From: a virus
Lineage: Duplodnaviria > Caudoviricetes
Virus record (IMG/VR): IMGVR_UViG_3300017914_002545
Span: 1-38,351 of that record
Direction: 5' to 3' (one strand)
Length of the DNA stretch: 38,351 bases
This document shows, piece after piece, positions 1-8,542 of the stretch (positions are counted from its first letter, which is position 1; each line of letters starts with the position of its first letter). The notes under the pieces were generated by a model. The model saw only the letters and a program-made list of their open reading frames with translations. It did no database searches and was not told the origin of the DNA. Position numbers and translations under genes: made by a program.

Positions 1-3000
1 ATTTGTAAAATTATGAGTAATTCCTGAGGAATATATAACATTATCAAAAGGCACTAATGTTCCTGTACTTGTACTACTGCCTGACACAGTATATACTGCA
101 GTATTTGCAAAATGTGCAAAGTTACCTTGGCTTGTAGTAGGCACCCAGTTTGTTCCGTTCCACTCTAGTAAATCACCCGTTGAAGGTGCAGCCGTAGTTG
201 TATCTACATCTGTTAAAATATTAATGCTTCCTGCTGGCCCAGCAGGACCAGTAGCACCTGGAGTAGTTGCTTGTACCCATTGGCTTGAATTTGCATCTGT
301 ATAGTAAATATACAATTTATTTGATGTAGAGTTCCACCAAAGTTGCCCAGCTACGGGACTGCTTGGAGCAGCGTCAGAAACTGTTATAGTTGAACCACCC
401 GCAGCACCTGTAGGTCCAGTTTTTCCTACAACTTCTACCCACTGACTTGAGTCAGCGTCTGTATAATACAGGAACAAACCGCCTGCGTCTGTGTTGTACC
501 AAAGATCTCCCGCACTCGGTGAAGAAGGAGCAGAGTCGGAAGTTGTTACAGAGGCTCCACCTCCACCACTTAAGCCACTTACAGCAGACTGTACAAACGC
601 AGTAGTTGCGATTTGAGTAGTATTTGTACCGCTGGTAGCTGTTGGAGCTGTTGGAGTGCCTGTCAAAGCGGGGCTTGCTAAAGGTGCTTTTAACCCTAAA
701 CTTGTCGTAACTGTAGTTGCAAAGTTAGCATCATCGTTCAATGCTGCCGCAAGCTCATTTAAAGTGTTTAAAGTTCCTGGGGCAGAATCAACAATTCCTG
801 CAACCTCCGTATCTACATAAGACTTATTTGCTAGCTCTATCCAGTTTCCGCCGTGTGCAAAATATCCGGCTCCCGTAGCGTGTACATGAGCAAACATACC
901 ATGATAAGTTGTTGCACTTGGTAAGTCCCCTGTAGTTGCAAACATATTTGCAAAGTATGACTTGCCTGTAGTAATAAAATCACTACTGCCAATGTCCATA
1001 TCACCAGAGATTCCATACCCGGACAAAGTAGTAGGTGTATTAGACAAATCCGAGAATGATGTAGTTTTTCTAAAAGTATTTTTAGTGTCTGCAACTTGGA
1101 GCGCAGTGGCTGCTATAGCTACGCCTGCGAATACATCTGTAGCTGTACTTGCGATTGAGCCGTCATCTTGTACATAGTAGTCTGCATTTAAACTTAAACC
1201 ACTATATACATTTGCTATACCCCCTGCAAGTATAACATCGACAGCAGCTCCGCTTGAAACAGTAGACTGTGCAACACCAAGCCAGCTGTCTGAATTAGAA
1301 ATCGAATCAAGACGTACTAAAGTTCCTTTAGTGCCTCCTATAAGGAACATGCCATATCCTGCTCTACTTTCATGAGCTCCAGGATTTGTGCCAGAGCTAC
1401 TACCACTACTAAAGCTAGTTAGTCCACTGCTTCTTGTAAATGTGCCCGAGCTTGTTAGCGTGCCTAGTCCATTGTAAAGAGTATAACTTTGATATGTTTG
1501 ATATACTGCATAAACAGCCAAACCAGTACCAGAGCTAGAGAACTGCCAGTGTCTGCTGGTTATATCTCGTCCTGCTACCCAATTAGTATCTATGTCATTT
1601 AGTGCGGTTAAAGTTGTACCATTAAATGAAAGAGGCTTAATATGTATTTGTCTTTGAGGGTTTATATCTCCAAAAGCGCGAATGCGATCAAGAACAAATA
1701 AACCAGAACCTCCATGATAGTATATATTATTGTAGCTGTTAGCTGTATTTACAGAAAGAGATGAATTCATACTGATAGTAGTACCAGAGATAGTACCGGT
1801 AGCATACTCTACAGTTGTGCCTACGGGATCCGCAACTACAATTTTATTCTGAACGTAGAAAATATCAGAAGGAGTGCTAGTAAATCCGGTTATTTCATCA
1901 TATGTTCCAATTGTTATAGTTGTACCGCTAATTGAAAGAGCAGCTACTTGTATATCGCCATTAGAATCTTCTATAAGCAATAAAGGAGTGTTGTTCGGAC
2001 CAAGAGTTATGTCTCTTACAATATCTCCGGAGCTTACAGTAGTTGCTGTATTTACTGTCCAAGTTCCAGAAGATTGAGAAACAACACGTAACTGGTATCC
2101 AGCGCTAGTGTAGTAAACTAGAACACCTTGAGTTGTGCCTGTTAGATGTACATACTTTACAATTGCTCCTGCAGCAACGCCTTGAACTAAAGTGGTCTCT
2201 GAACCTGTTGTAGTTGTTAAGTTTGCAAAATCAGGAGTAAGTATATCTACTTTAATTTCCGAGCCACTTCTAAAGAAGTAATAGTACTTACTATTATAGT
2301 CATCATAGCCAATTGATGTTTGGTTGGCAGTGCTTGACTGGAATGTGGTAACAGTTCCTACAGCAGCTGACGATACAGCAACCGAACTTACAGTGCCAGC
2401 AGTATCTAGCACAACTGCATCGCCCTGACTTATAGCACTGCTTGATGTGTAAGACTTTTGCGAGTCTCCCCCAGAAAAACTTGAAAATTCACCCTGTACA
2501 TATGCAGTAGTAGCAATTTGAGTACTATTTGTACCTCCGCTTGCAGTAGGAGCAGTAGGAGTTCCTGTGAATGCAGGAGAAGCTAAAGATGCACCATCAG
2601 TAATACCATAGCCAGCCAGAGTTGTGGGCTTACCTGACAAAGTGCTAAATGTAGTACGTGCTACCCAGTCATAGTCGGAGCCGTTCCAAGAGAGCACTTC
2701 CCCTGTCGCAGCAGTGCCACGATTTAAGTGAGAATCTACATTTGAATCTCCATAACCTCCGGCACCACTTACTGCCGTCTGAACAAATGCAGTTGTAGCT
2801 AGTTGAGTAGTATTTGTACCGGTACTAGCGGTAGGAGCAGTAGGAGTTCCTGTAAGGCTTGGAGATGCTAGTGGTGCTTTAGCTGCCAAACTATTTGTTA
2901 CAGTTGTAGAAAAATTAGCATCATCACCTAAAGCTGAGGCAAGCTCGTTTAAAGTATTTAAAGCCCCAGGAGCAGAATCAATTACATTATTAATTTGCGT

Positions 3001-3531
3001 AGTAACATAGCTAGTGGTGGCACCATCAGTAATACCATAGCCAGCCAGAGTTGTGGGCTTACCTGTTAGATCACTAAATGCTCCACTAAATACAGGACTG
3101 CCTCCAGTTTGTAAAGTTCCATTTGCTCCTCCGCTCAGAGTTACTTGATTGGATCCAGAACCGATTTTTAACTGGGAGAGTATAATTGAGGAAGAATCCG
3201 ATTCTAAAGTCTGTGACCCTAGGTGAAGTGTATTGCCACTTAAATATAAGTCTTTCCACTTTGCAGTACTTGAACCTAAATCTCGGGTGCCGTCTCCATC
3301 TGGTATAATATCACTATTGACCGAAGATAGATCGGGTGAGCCAATAAGAGTACGAATTTCGGATGCAGTAATTCCAGTGGCAAGACTGGGAGTGCTGCCA
3401 TCGCTTAGTATAGCAGGTCCAGATCCTGTGCCAGTCTTCCAAGCATTATCAGTTGAGTTGTACACATAAACAACTCCGTTTACTGTAACTGTATCTCCAT
3501 TACTTGGACTATTTGGGAAGTTATACGCCAT
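1..3531 (-). CDS. Large modular tail fibre/virion appendage protein, >=1177 aa, runs off the left edge of the window (absent from ORF track)
   Basis: Manual translation from ATG at 3531 (SD AGGAG at 3538-3542): MAYNFPNSPSNGDTVTVNGVVYVY... stays open to base 1 (...SGITHNFTN). Contains two DSAPG.L.TLNELA.AL.DDANF modules, three ASP..TGTPTAPT...TQ.ATTA.V modules, three PTTL.GYGI repeats, a YHGMFAHVHATG module, two APSSP.AG.LW modules and short collagen-like GPTGAAG/GATGPAGPAG stretches. Confidence 0.88.
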   Translation of the reverse strand, partial: MAYNFPNSPSNGDTVTVNGVVYVYNSTDNAWKTGTGSGPAILSDGSTPSLATGITASEIRTLIGSPDLSSVNSDIIPDGDGTRDLGSSTAKWKDLYLSGNTLHLGSQTLESDSSSIILSQLKIGSGSNQVTLSGGANGTLQTGGSPVFSGAFSDLTGKPTTLAGYGITDGATTSYVTTQINNVIDSAPGALNTLNELASALGDDANFSTTVTNSLAAKAPLASPSLTGTPTAPTASTGTNTTQLATTAFVQTAVSGAGGYGDSNVDSHLNRGTAATGEVLSWNGSDYDWVARTTFSTLSGKPTTLAGYGITDGASLASPAFTGTPTAPTASGGTNSTQIATTAYVQGEFSSFSGGDSQKSYTSSSAISQGDAVVLDTAGTVSSVAVSSAAVGTVTTFQSSTANQTSIGYDDYNSKYYYFFRSGSEIKVDILTPDFANLTTTTGSETTLVQGVAAGAIVKYVHLTGTTQGVLVYYTSAGYQLRVVSQSSGTWTVNTATTVSSGDIVRDITLGPNNTPLLLIEDSNGDIQVAALSISGTTITIGTYDEITGFTSTPSDIFYVQNKIVVADPVGTTVEYATGTISGTTISMNSSLSVNTANSYNNIYYHGGSGLFVLDRIRAFGDINPQRQIHIKPLSFNGTTLTALNDIDTNWVAGRDITSRHWQFSSSGTGLAVYAVYQTYQSYTLYNGLGTLTSSGTFTRSSGLTSFSSGSSSGTNPGAHESRAGYGMFLIGGTKGTLVRLDSISNSDSWLGVAQSTVSSGAAVDVILAGGIANVYSGLSLNADYYVQDDGSIASTATDVFAGVAIAATALQVADTKNTFRKTTSFSDLSNTPTTLSGYGISGDMDIGSSDFITTGKSYFANMFATTGDLPSATTYHGMFAHVHATGAGYFAHGGNWIELANKSYVDTEVAGIVDSAPGTLNTLNELAAALNDDANFATTVTTSLGLKAPLASPALTGTPTAPTATSGTNTTQIATTAFVQSAVSGLSGGGGASVTTSDSAPSSPSAGDLWYNTDAGGLFLYYTDADSSQWVEVVGKTGPTGAAGGSTITVSDAAPSSPVAGQLWWNSTSNKLYIYYTDANSSQWVQATTPGATGPAGPAGSINILTDVDTTTAAPSTGDLLEWNGTNWVPTTSQGNFAHFANTAVYTVSGSSTSTGTLVPFDNVIYSSGITHNFTN
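2591..3065. repeat. Exact 46-bp direct repeat (2591-2636 and 3020-3065)
   Basis: gcaccatcagtaataccatagccagccagagttgtgggcttacctg occurs identically twice and encodes GKPTTLAGYGITDGA on the minus strand. Confidence 0.92.
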
Positions 3532-3540
3532 TATTTACTC

Positions 3541-3798
3541 CTAAACTACTGTTTCCGTTAGAGCTGATACTTCTAGTTTAGTTCTTGCGGATTCTATAAG
3601 ATTATTTATTTTTGTTACATGAATAGCGATTGATTTAAAAACAGCTGCCTCTGTATAGTCGTCTACAGATAGTGGAGCTCGCAACCCCATAATTGTACTT
3701 GCTGTAGCTGAAAGCTCTCCATCTACAACAGTGTAAGAAACTTCAGCATGAGTTATTTTATTCTCGCTATTTGTATAATATTTTACTACTTGTAACAT
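3541..3798 (-). CDS. Hypothetical protein (85 aa), possible fibre assembly chaperone
   Basis: ORF tightly packed in the fibre operon with SD-like GGGAG upstream; no motif recognised, so function is inferred from context only. Confidence 0.6.
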   Translation of the reverse strand: MLQVVKYYTNSENKITHAEVSYTVVDGELSATASTIMGLRAPLSVDDYTEAAVFKSIAIHVTKINNLIESARTKLEVSALTETVV

Positions 3799-3801
3799 AA
3801 C

Positions 3802-4101
3802 TTACTCCCAACTTTCTTTACTAACAGGTTCGGAAGCTCCACCCCCTCCAGTCGACGGGCTGTGTCCAAATCCTTCTACAATTACTAATCTTGTGGTATT
3901 CTCTTCAAAAAACTTTCCTCCGTCAATTTGTAAAAAACCGGGGCCAACTTCAGGACGGTCAACAGCTACAAGATTAGTTACATTGTTGCCAAAAAAAGTA
4001 GCTCCTTGTAAAAAGTTTGTAGAATGAACTGGGTGTTGAGTAATTATAAGATTATCAACATCTTGAGCGGTTCCTGAAACTGTCATTTGTAGCGCAGCCA
4101 T
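3802..4101 (-). CDS. Hypothetical protein (99 aa)
   Basis: Tightly packed co-directional ORF with a Gly-rich C-terminus ending in KESWE. Confidence 0.65.
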   Translation of the reverse strand: MAALQMTVSGTAQDVDNLIITQHPVHSTNFLQGATFFGNNVTNLVAVDRPEVGPGFLQIDGGKFFEENTTRLVIVEGFGHSPSTGGGGASEPVSKESWE

Positions 4102-4103
4102 TT

Positions 4104-5372
4104 TTAAGTTCTCTTAATTAATAAAGCTGTTAAAGGGCGGATAGTAAGACCATCATTTGTGTTTAGATAAACATAAGTATCGCTTCCAATTGTAACAGTG
4201 TCTCCATTTGCGCCTAAACCTGCAGGAACTCTCCAGACATTACAAGGAGTAGAAAAATCAAAAATATCATGATTTAAGTTATTATCATTTGCCCAAAAAA
4301 GCTTAAATAATGGTAATCCTGCATTTCCGGAAGAGTCATACGCTATAGCTGTCTGCCTGCCCCAGCCTTTATCTACGTTAACAGTATCATCATATTGTCC
4401 GTCTATTGACCAAGGACCCCATAGTGCCATTGATCCGGACATCGGATTTGCTCCCCAAGCACTCCCCCAAGATTGTCCATAATGTGTTGTAGTCCATAAA
4501 GTATTATCACCATATTGAGTGTTGTTTGAACGAGTACTTGCATTACGAACAGCGCGACCCCCGCCATCAATTCTATTACTGTCTCCCGAATTAATGTGCC
4601 ATCCTGTTGCTCGAATTTTTCCGTACCAACTGGGATCATAGGAAAAGTTTGATTCAGAAAATTGAATAAAGGAATAAGACGTTGATTGATCGTCCCATAT
4701 TGCTGAACTGTCTCCTCGATATGTTACATGTTCAGAAATGTTCATTCCGTTGAAAAGATCACAGCAAAATATTTGAGCAACAGGTACAAGAGTTTGCGCA
4801 GTTGTAGTAGCAGTTTCAGTAAATTCTGCATTCATCATCCAAACGACATGATTGTTACCGTCTTTTCCGAGCATAAGAATACGAGTTGAGTCTGCAAAAA
4901 TATGAATTCCTTGAGCAGAGTGCTCAGTATTTCCACAAATACCGTAGCAATCGCCAGTAGAAGAACTAGTGCCAGTGTAGCCATTACCCCACATTTCTGT
5001 AGCAGTGCCAGGATCAAGTACACTTGACAAAGTAAATGCAAAGTCGTCGCCAGTTACTACAGAGGAATTTGACCAGTTACCATTGCAACTAAGCCCTGCA
5101 TATTTTGTTTTGGAAGAAGTAATGCAAGTTGCTTGCATAATAAAATTTGAATCTGTGGATGTACTAACAGCAGTACCTGAGGTAGGAAGAGTGTTACTAG
5201 AGTGTAAACTCCAGCCACTATTTCCTCCTACAACAGTTGAAGTATTTGTATCAATAAATTCGAGACCTGTAAGACTTGCAGTACTCGAAGTACAGCTAGT
5301 AATTAGTCTTGTAATATCTCGAATTTGGGCTCCCGTAGATGTATTACCGGGAAAATATAAATGAGCGTACAT
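4104..5372 (-). CDS. Putative virion structural protein (422 aa), S/T/G/W-rich
   Basis: Strong SD (AAGGAG) upstream; beta-rich composition; C-terminal GDTVTIGSDTYVY resembles ends of phage virion structural proteins; sits between fibre genes. Confidence 0.65.
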   Translation of the reverse strand: MYAHLYFPGNTSTGAQIRDITRLITSCTSSTASLTGLEFIDTNTSTVVGGNSGWSLHSSNTLPTSGTAVSTSTDSNFIMQATCITSSKTKYAGLSCNGNWSNSSVVTGDDFAFTLSSVLDPGTATEMWGNGYTGTSSSTGDCYGICGNTEHSAQGIHIFADSTRILMLGKDGNNHVVWMMNAEFTETATTTAQTLVPVAQIFCCDLFNGMNISEHVTYRGDSSAIWDDQSTSYSFIQFSESNFSYDPSWYGKIRATGWHINSGDSNRIDGGGRAVRNASTRSNNTQYGDNTLWTTTHYGQSWGSAWGANPMSGSMALWGPWSIDGQYDDTVNVDKGWGRQTAIAYDSSGNAGLPLFKLFWANDNNLNHDIFDFSTPCNVWRVPAGLGANGDTVTIGSDTYVYLNTNDGLTIRPLTALLIKRT

Positions 5373-5383
5373 ATATTGTCTCC

Positions 5384-8300
5384 TTAATTAAATGTAAACA
5401 CTAGGTATAAGTTTTCTCCGGCTGTCGAAGAGCCTACCTGAGTTATATCAATAGTTAAATAATCATTTGCAGATATTGAGTGTGACAAAGAGGTTACATT
5501 ACCTGTTGTGTCACCATCAGCTACACTTACCGTTTGTAAGTTTGATCCGTTTTTCTTTACTTGAACAGTTACTGCTGCTCCCGCAGGTGCAGTATCTACA
5601 TAAGCATGAATACTTTTTAGAGTATATGCTTTTTGTAGATAAAGTCGTTTTGTGCCGGTATTTGTTGATAAAGTATCGTCAAATCTATAGGCTTTTATAA
5701 ATTCTTGTACTGGTTGGGCAACCCAATCATAATCACTACCATTATAACTTAGTACCTCGCCCGTAGCTGCAGTACTTGTATTTAAGTGCGTATCTACACT
5801 TGCATCATTATAACTACCTGCTGCAGTTACTTCTTGCTGTACGAATGCAGTTGTTGCAAGTTGTGTTGTATTTGTTCCAGAGCTTGCAGTTGGTGCTGCT
5901 GGAGTTCCTGTAAAAGTCGGAGAAGCAAGGGTTGCCCCGTCCGTAATACCGTAACCAGATAAAGTAGTGGGTTTATTTGTAAGTCCGGCAAAAGTCCCAT
6001 CAAAACCACTTGGATCAACAGAACTTGGATTTGTCTGTACCCACTGGTTTGAGGTTCCATCAGCGTAGTACACATAAAGTACTAATGCATCATCATCAAA
6101 CCACAAGTCCCCGGCAGATGGACTGCTTGGAGCACTTCCCGAAACTGAAACATTAGCACCAGCACTAAATCCTGAGACAGCACTCTGTACGTAAGCTGTA
6201 GTTGCAATTTGAGTAGTATTTGTACCGCTCGCAGCTGTTGGTGCTGTTGGTGCTCCGGTTAGTGCGGGACTTGCAAGCGGCGCGGCATCTGTTATACCAT
6301 ACCCTGACAAGGTAGTGGGCGTGCCTGTAAGAGCACTGAAAGCGCCGCTAAATATTTCTGATTGATTTGCTAGCCTAACCCAGTTACCTGCGTGAGCAAA
6401 ATAAGCTGCTCCCGTTGCGTGAACGTGGGCAAACATACCATGGTATGTACTTGCATTCGGCAGATTGGACGTTTGAGAAAATACGTTTGAAAAATACGCC
6501 TTACCTGTTGTAATAAAATCATTGCTACCAATATCAGCATCTGCTCCTGTAGTCAGAGCATCTGTAATACCGTACCCAGATATAGTAGTTGGCTTACCAC
6601 TTAGAGAGCTAAAAGCACCGTCAAAAGCATCTGTAATACCATACCCAGCTATGGTGGTTGGCTTACCTGTCAAAGAGGCGAAAGATACTGAAGTTAAAAA
6701 GCTACTTAAGTCAGGAGGAGTATAGCTAAATACACCACTAGAATTGTTATAACTAAGAGTGCCTCCGCCTGAAGCAGTGTTTGAAGTAACACTAAAGTCT
6801 GTAAGACTTACTGTACCTGCTATCGCGGTCTGCACAAAAGCAGTTGTTGCAATTTGAGTACTATTGCTAGAGCCCGCTGCTGTGGGTGCTGTGGGCGCTC
6901 CTGTAAGAGCAGGACTAGCTAGAGGAGCTTTTAATGCTAAATTATTAGTAATTGTTGTGGAGAAGTTAGGATCATCTCCTAAAGCTGCCGCCAGCTCATT
7001 TAAAGTGTCTAAAGCTCCCGGGGCAGAATCAATTACAGCATCTACTTTTGACTGTATATCAGAATCTTGCAGTGTCCAAACTGGATGCCCGGATACAGTT
7101 AGAGTTATATGGGAGTTAGAGCTATTAGTGGTACCTTCTGAGGTAAAAGTAAAGCTCTTAATTTTTGTATCTAGTGCATTACCCGTAGCCCTACTAATAG
7201 AGTTAGAGTCTATTGTTGCTTGTGTATTATCAGCATAAGTTACAATGCCCAGTGTAGGGTCATTAACTCCGGTACTAGAAAAAGACTCTATAAATATTGG
7301 AGCTATAAAAGAAACGGATCCACTGGGAAGGCCTGTTCCTAGCTCTAATCTGGTATCAGATGCTCCAGCAGCAGGAATTGTAATACTAGATGAGCTAGTA
7401 GAAACCATACTGCTATCGAGAGGAACTGTAGACGTAGAGGGGATGGATTTATATAAGCCACCTGCATTTGTGTCTATCCAAATCTCATCAAAAGCAGAAA
7501 AAGTTGGAGCACCGTCTTGAAAATAAACAGTATTATTAGTATCTATATTATCTTCAATGGCGGTGTGAACAAAGCCAGTTGTTGCAATCTGAGTATTATT
7601 TGTTGCTAATGCTGCAGTAGGAGCAGTAGGGGTTCCTGTTAGAGCCGGGCTTGCTAAAGGTGCTGCATCTGTGATGCCATACCCCGATAAAGTAGTGGGT
7701 CGACCTGTTAGAGACCCAAAAGCACCATCAAATGCGTCTGTAATTCCAAACCCGCTAATTGTAGTAGGAACTCCAGTTAAAGAGCTAAATGCTCCATCAA
7801 AAGCATCGGTAATACCGTAGCCCGATATAGTAGTTGGCTTACCAGTAAGAGCGCTAAAAGACCCGTTAAACGCATCTGTAATTCCATAGCCTGCTATAGT
7901 TGTGGGTGTTCCTGTTAAGGAACTAAATGCTCCATCAAAAGCATCAGTAATACCATAACCACTAATAGTAGTTGGCTTACCTGTTAAAGAACTAAATGCA
8001 CCATCAAATGCATCAGTGATACCGTATCCTGCTATAGTCGTAGGTTTGCCTGTAAGTTGAGCAAAAGATACAGTTGTTAGTGCATCTGTGATACCATACC
8101 CTGCTACCGTGGTAGGGGTAGAAGCAATATCAGCAAAAGTTAAAGTGTGATTTACAAAGTTTGTTCCATTATACTTTATAAACTGATTATTAGCTAAACT
8201 TGAAATAGAAACATTTGATAGATCATCAATCGCAGCATTTACAGGCATAGCGTCTGTAATGCCATATCCTGACAGGGTTGTGGGAGTTCCTACTAGAGAA

Positions 8301-8542
8301 CTAAATGCCCCATCAAATGCATCTGTAATACCATAGCCCGCTATAGTAGTGGGCTTATTAAGTAGATCAGAAAACGAGAGAGGGTAGACAACATAATCAA
8401 GAGAATTCCAAGCAGTACTACCGTCGCCCAGCTTAATTTTACTGGTATTAGTCTCTACTCCCAACTCTCCAGAATTAAGAGTAGGATTAGTTGTAGACCA
8501 GTTGCTGGAAGTATCTCTTCTTAGCTGTATTCTTGCTGCCAT
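5384..8542 (-). CDS. Tail fibre protein (1052 aa) with Mtd_N-like N-terminal domain
   Basis: N-terminus RIQLRRDTSSNWSTTNPTLNSGELGVETNTSKIKLGDGSTAWNSLDY matches the major tropism determinant N-terminal motif. Also 13 PTT..G[YF]GITD repeats, P2 gpH-like APGALDTLNELAAALGDDPNF, and a C-terminal beta-sandwich ending DYLTIDITQVGSSTAGENLYLVF. Confidence 0.88.
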   Translation of the reverse strand: MAARIQLRRDTSSNWSTTNPTLNSGELGVETNTSKIKLGDGSTAWNSLDYVVYPLSFSDLLNKPTTIAGYGITDAFDGAFSSLVGTPTTLSGYGITDAMPVNAAIDDLSNVSISSLANNQFIKYNGTNFVNHTLTFADIASTPTTVAGYGITDALTTVSFAQLTGKPTTIAGYGITDAFDGAFSSLTGKPTTISGYGITDAFDGAFSSLTGTPTTIAGYGITDAFNGSFSALTGKPTTISGYGITDAFDGAFSSLTGVPTTISGFGITDAFDGAFGSLTGRPTTLSGYGITDAAPLASPALTGTPTAPTAALATNNTQIATTGFVHTAIEDNIDTNNTVYFQDGAPTFSAFDEIWIDTNAGGLYKSIPSTSTVPLDSSMVSTSSSSITIPAAGASDTRLELGTGLPSGSVSFIAPIFIESFSSTGVNDPTLGIVTYADNTQATIDSNSISRATGNALDTKIKSFTFTSEGTTNSSNSHITLTVSGHPVWTLQDSDIQSKVDAVIDSAPGALDTLNELAAALGDDPNFSTTITNNLALKAPLASPALTGAPTAPTAAGSSNSTQIATTAFVQTAIAGTVSLTDFSVTSNTASGGGTLSYNNSSGVFSYTPPDLSSFLTSVSFASLTGKPTTIAGYGITDAFDGAFSSLSGKPTTISGYGITDALTTGADADIGSNDFITTGKAYFSNVFSQTSNLPNASTYHGMFAHVHATGAAYFAHAGNWVRLANQSEIFSGAFSALTGTPTTLSGYGITDAAPLASPALTGAPTAPTAASGTNTTQIATTAYVQSAVSGFSAGANVSVSGSAPSSPSAGDLWFDDDALVLYVYYADGTSNQWVQTNPSSVDPSGFDGTFAGLTNKPTTLSGYGITDGATLASPTFTGTPAAPTASSGTNTTQLATTAFVQQEVTAAGSYNDASVDTHLNTSTAATGEVLSYNGSDYDWVAQPVQEFIKAYRFDDTLSTNTGTKRLYLQKAYTLKSIHAYVDTAPAGAAVTVQVKKNGSNLQTVSVADGDTTGNVTSLSHSISANDYLTIDITQVGSSTAGENLYLVFTFN
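7661..8143 (-). repeat. Tandem array of seven ~69-bp (23-aa) coding repeats, consensus AFSSLTGKPTTI[AS]GYGITDAFDG
   Basis: Visible in protein and DNA (gcatc.gtaat.cc recurring every ~69 bp); copies differ mainly at synonymous sites. Confidence 0.9.

Noticed and set aside
7661-8360. CRISPR-like periodic repeats
   Set aside because: Repeats are in-frame coding units with synonymous variation and no unique spacers; no cas genes.
5384-8542. Diversity-generating retroelement suggested by the Mtd_N-like domain
   Set aside because: Only the N-terminal anchor domain is present; no reverse transcriptase, no C-type lectin C-terminus, and no TR/VR pair with adenine-specific mismatches seen in the window.
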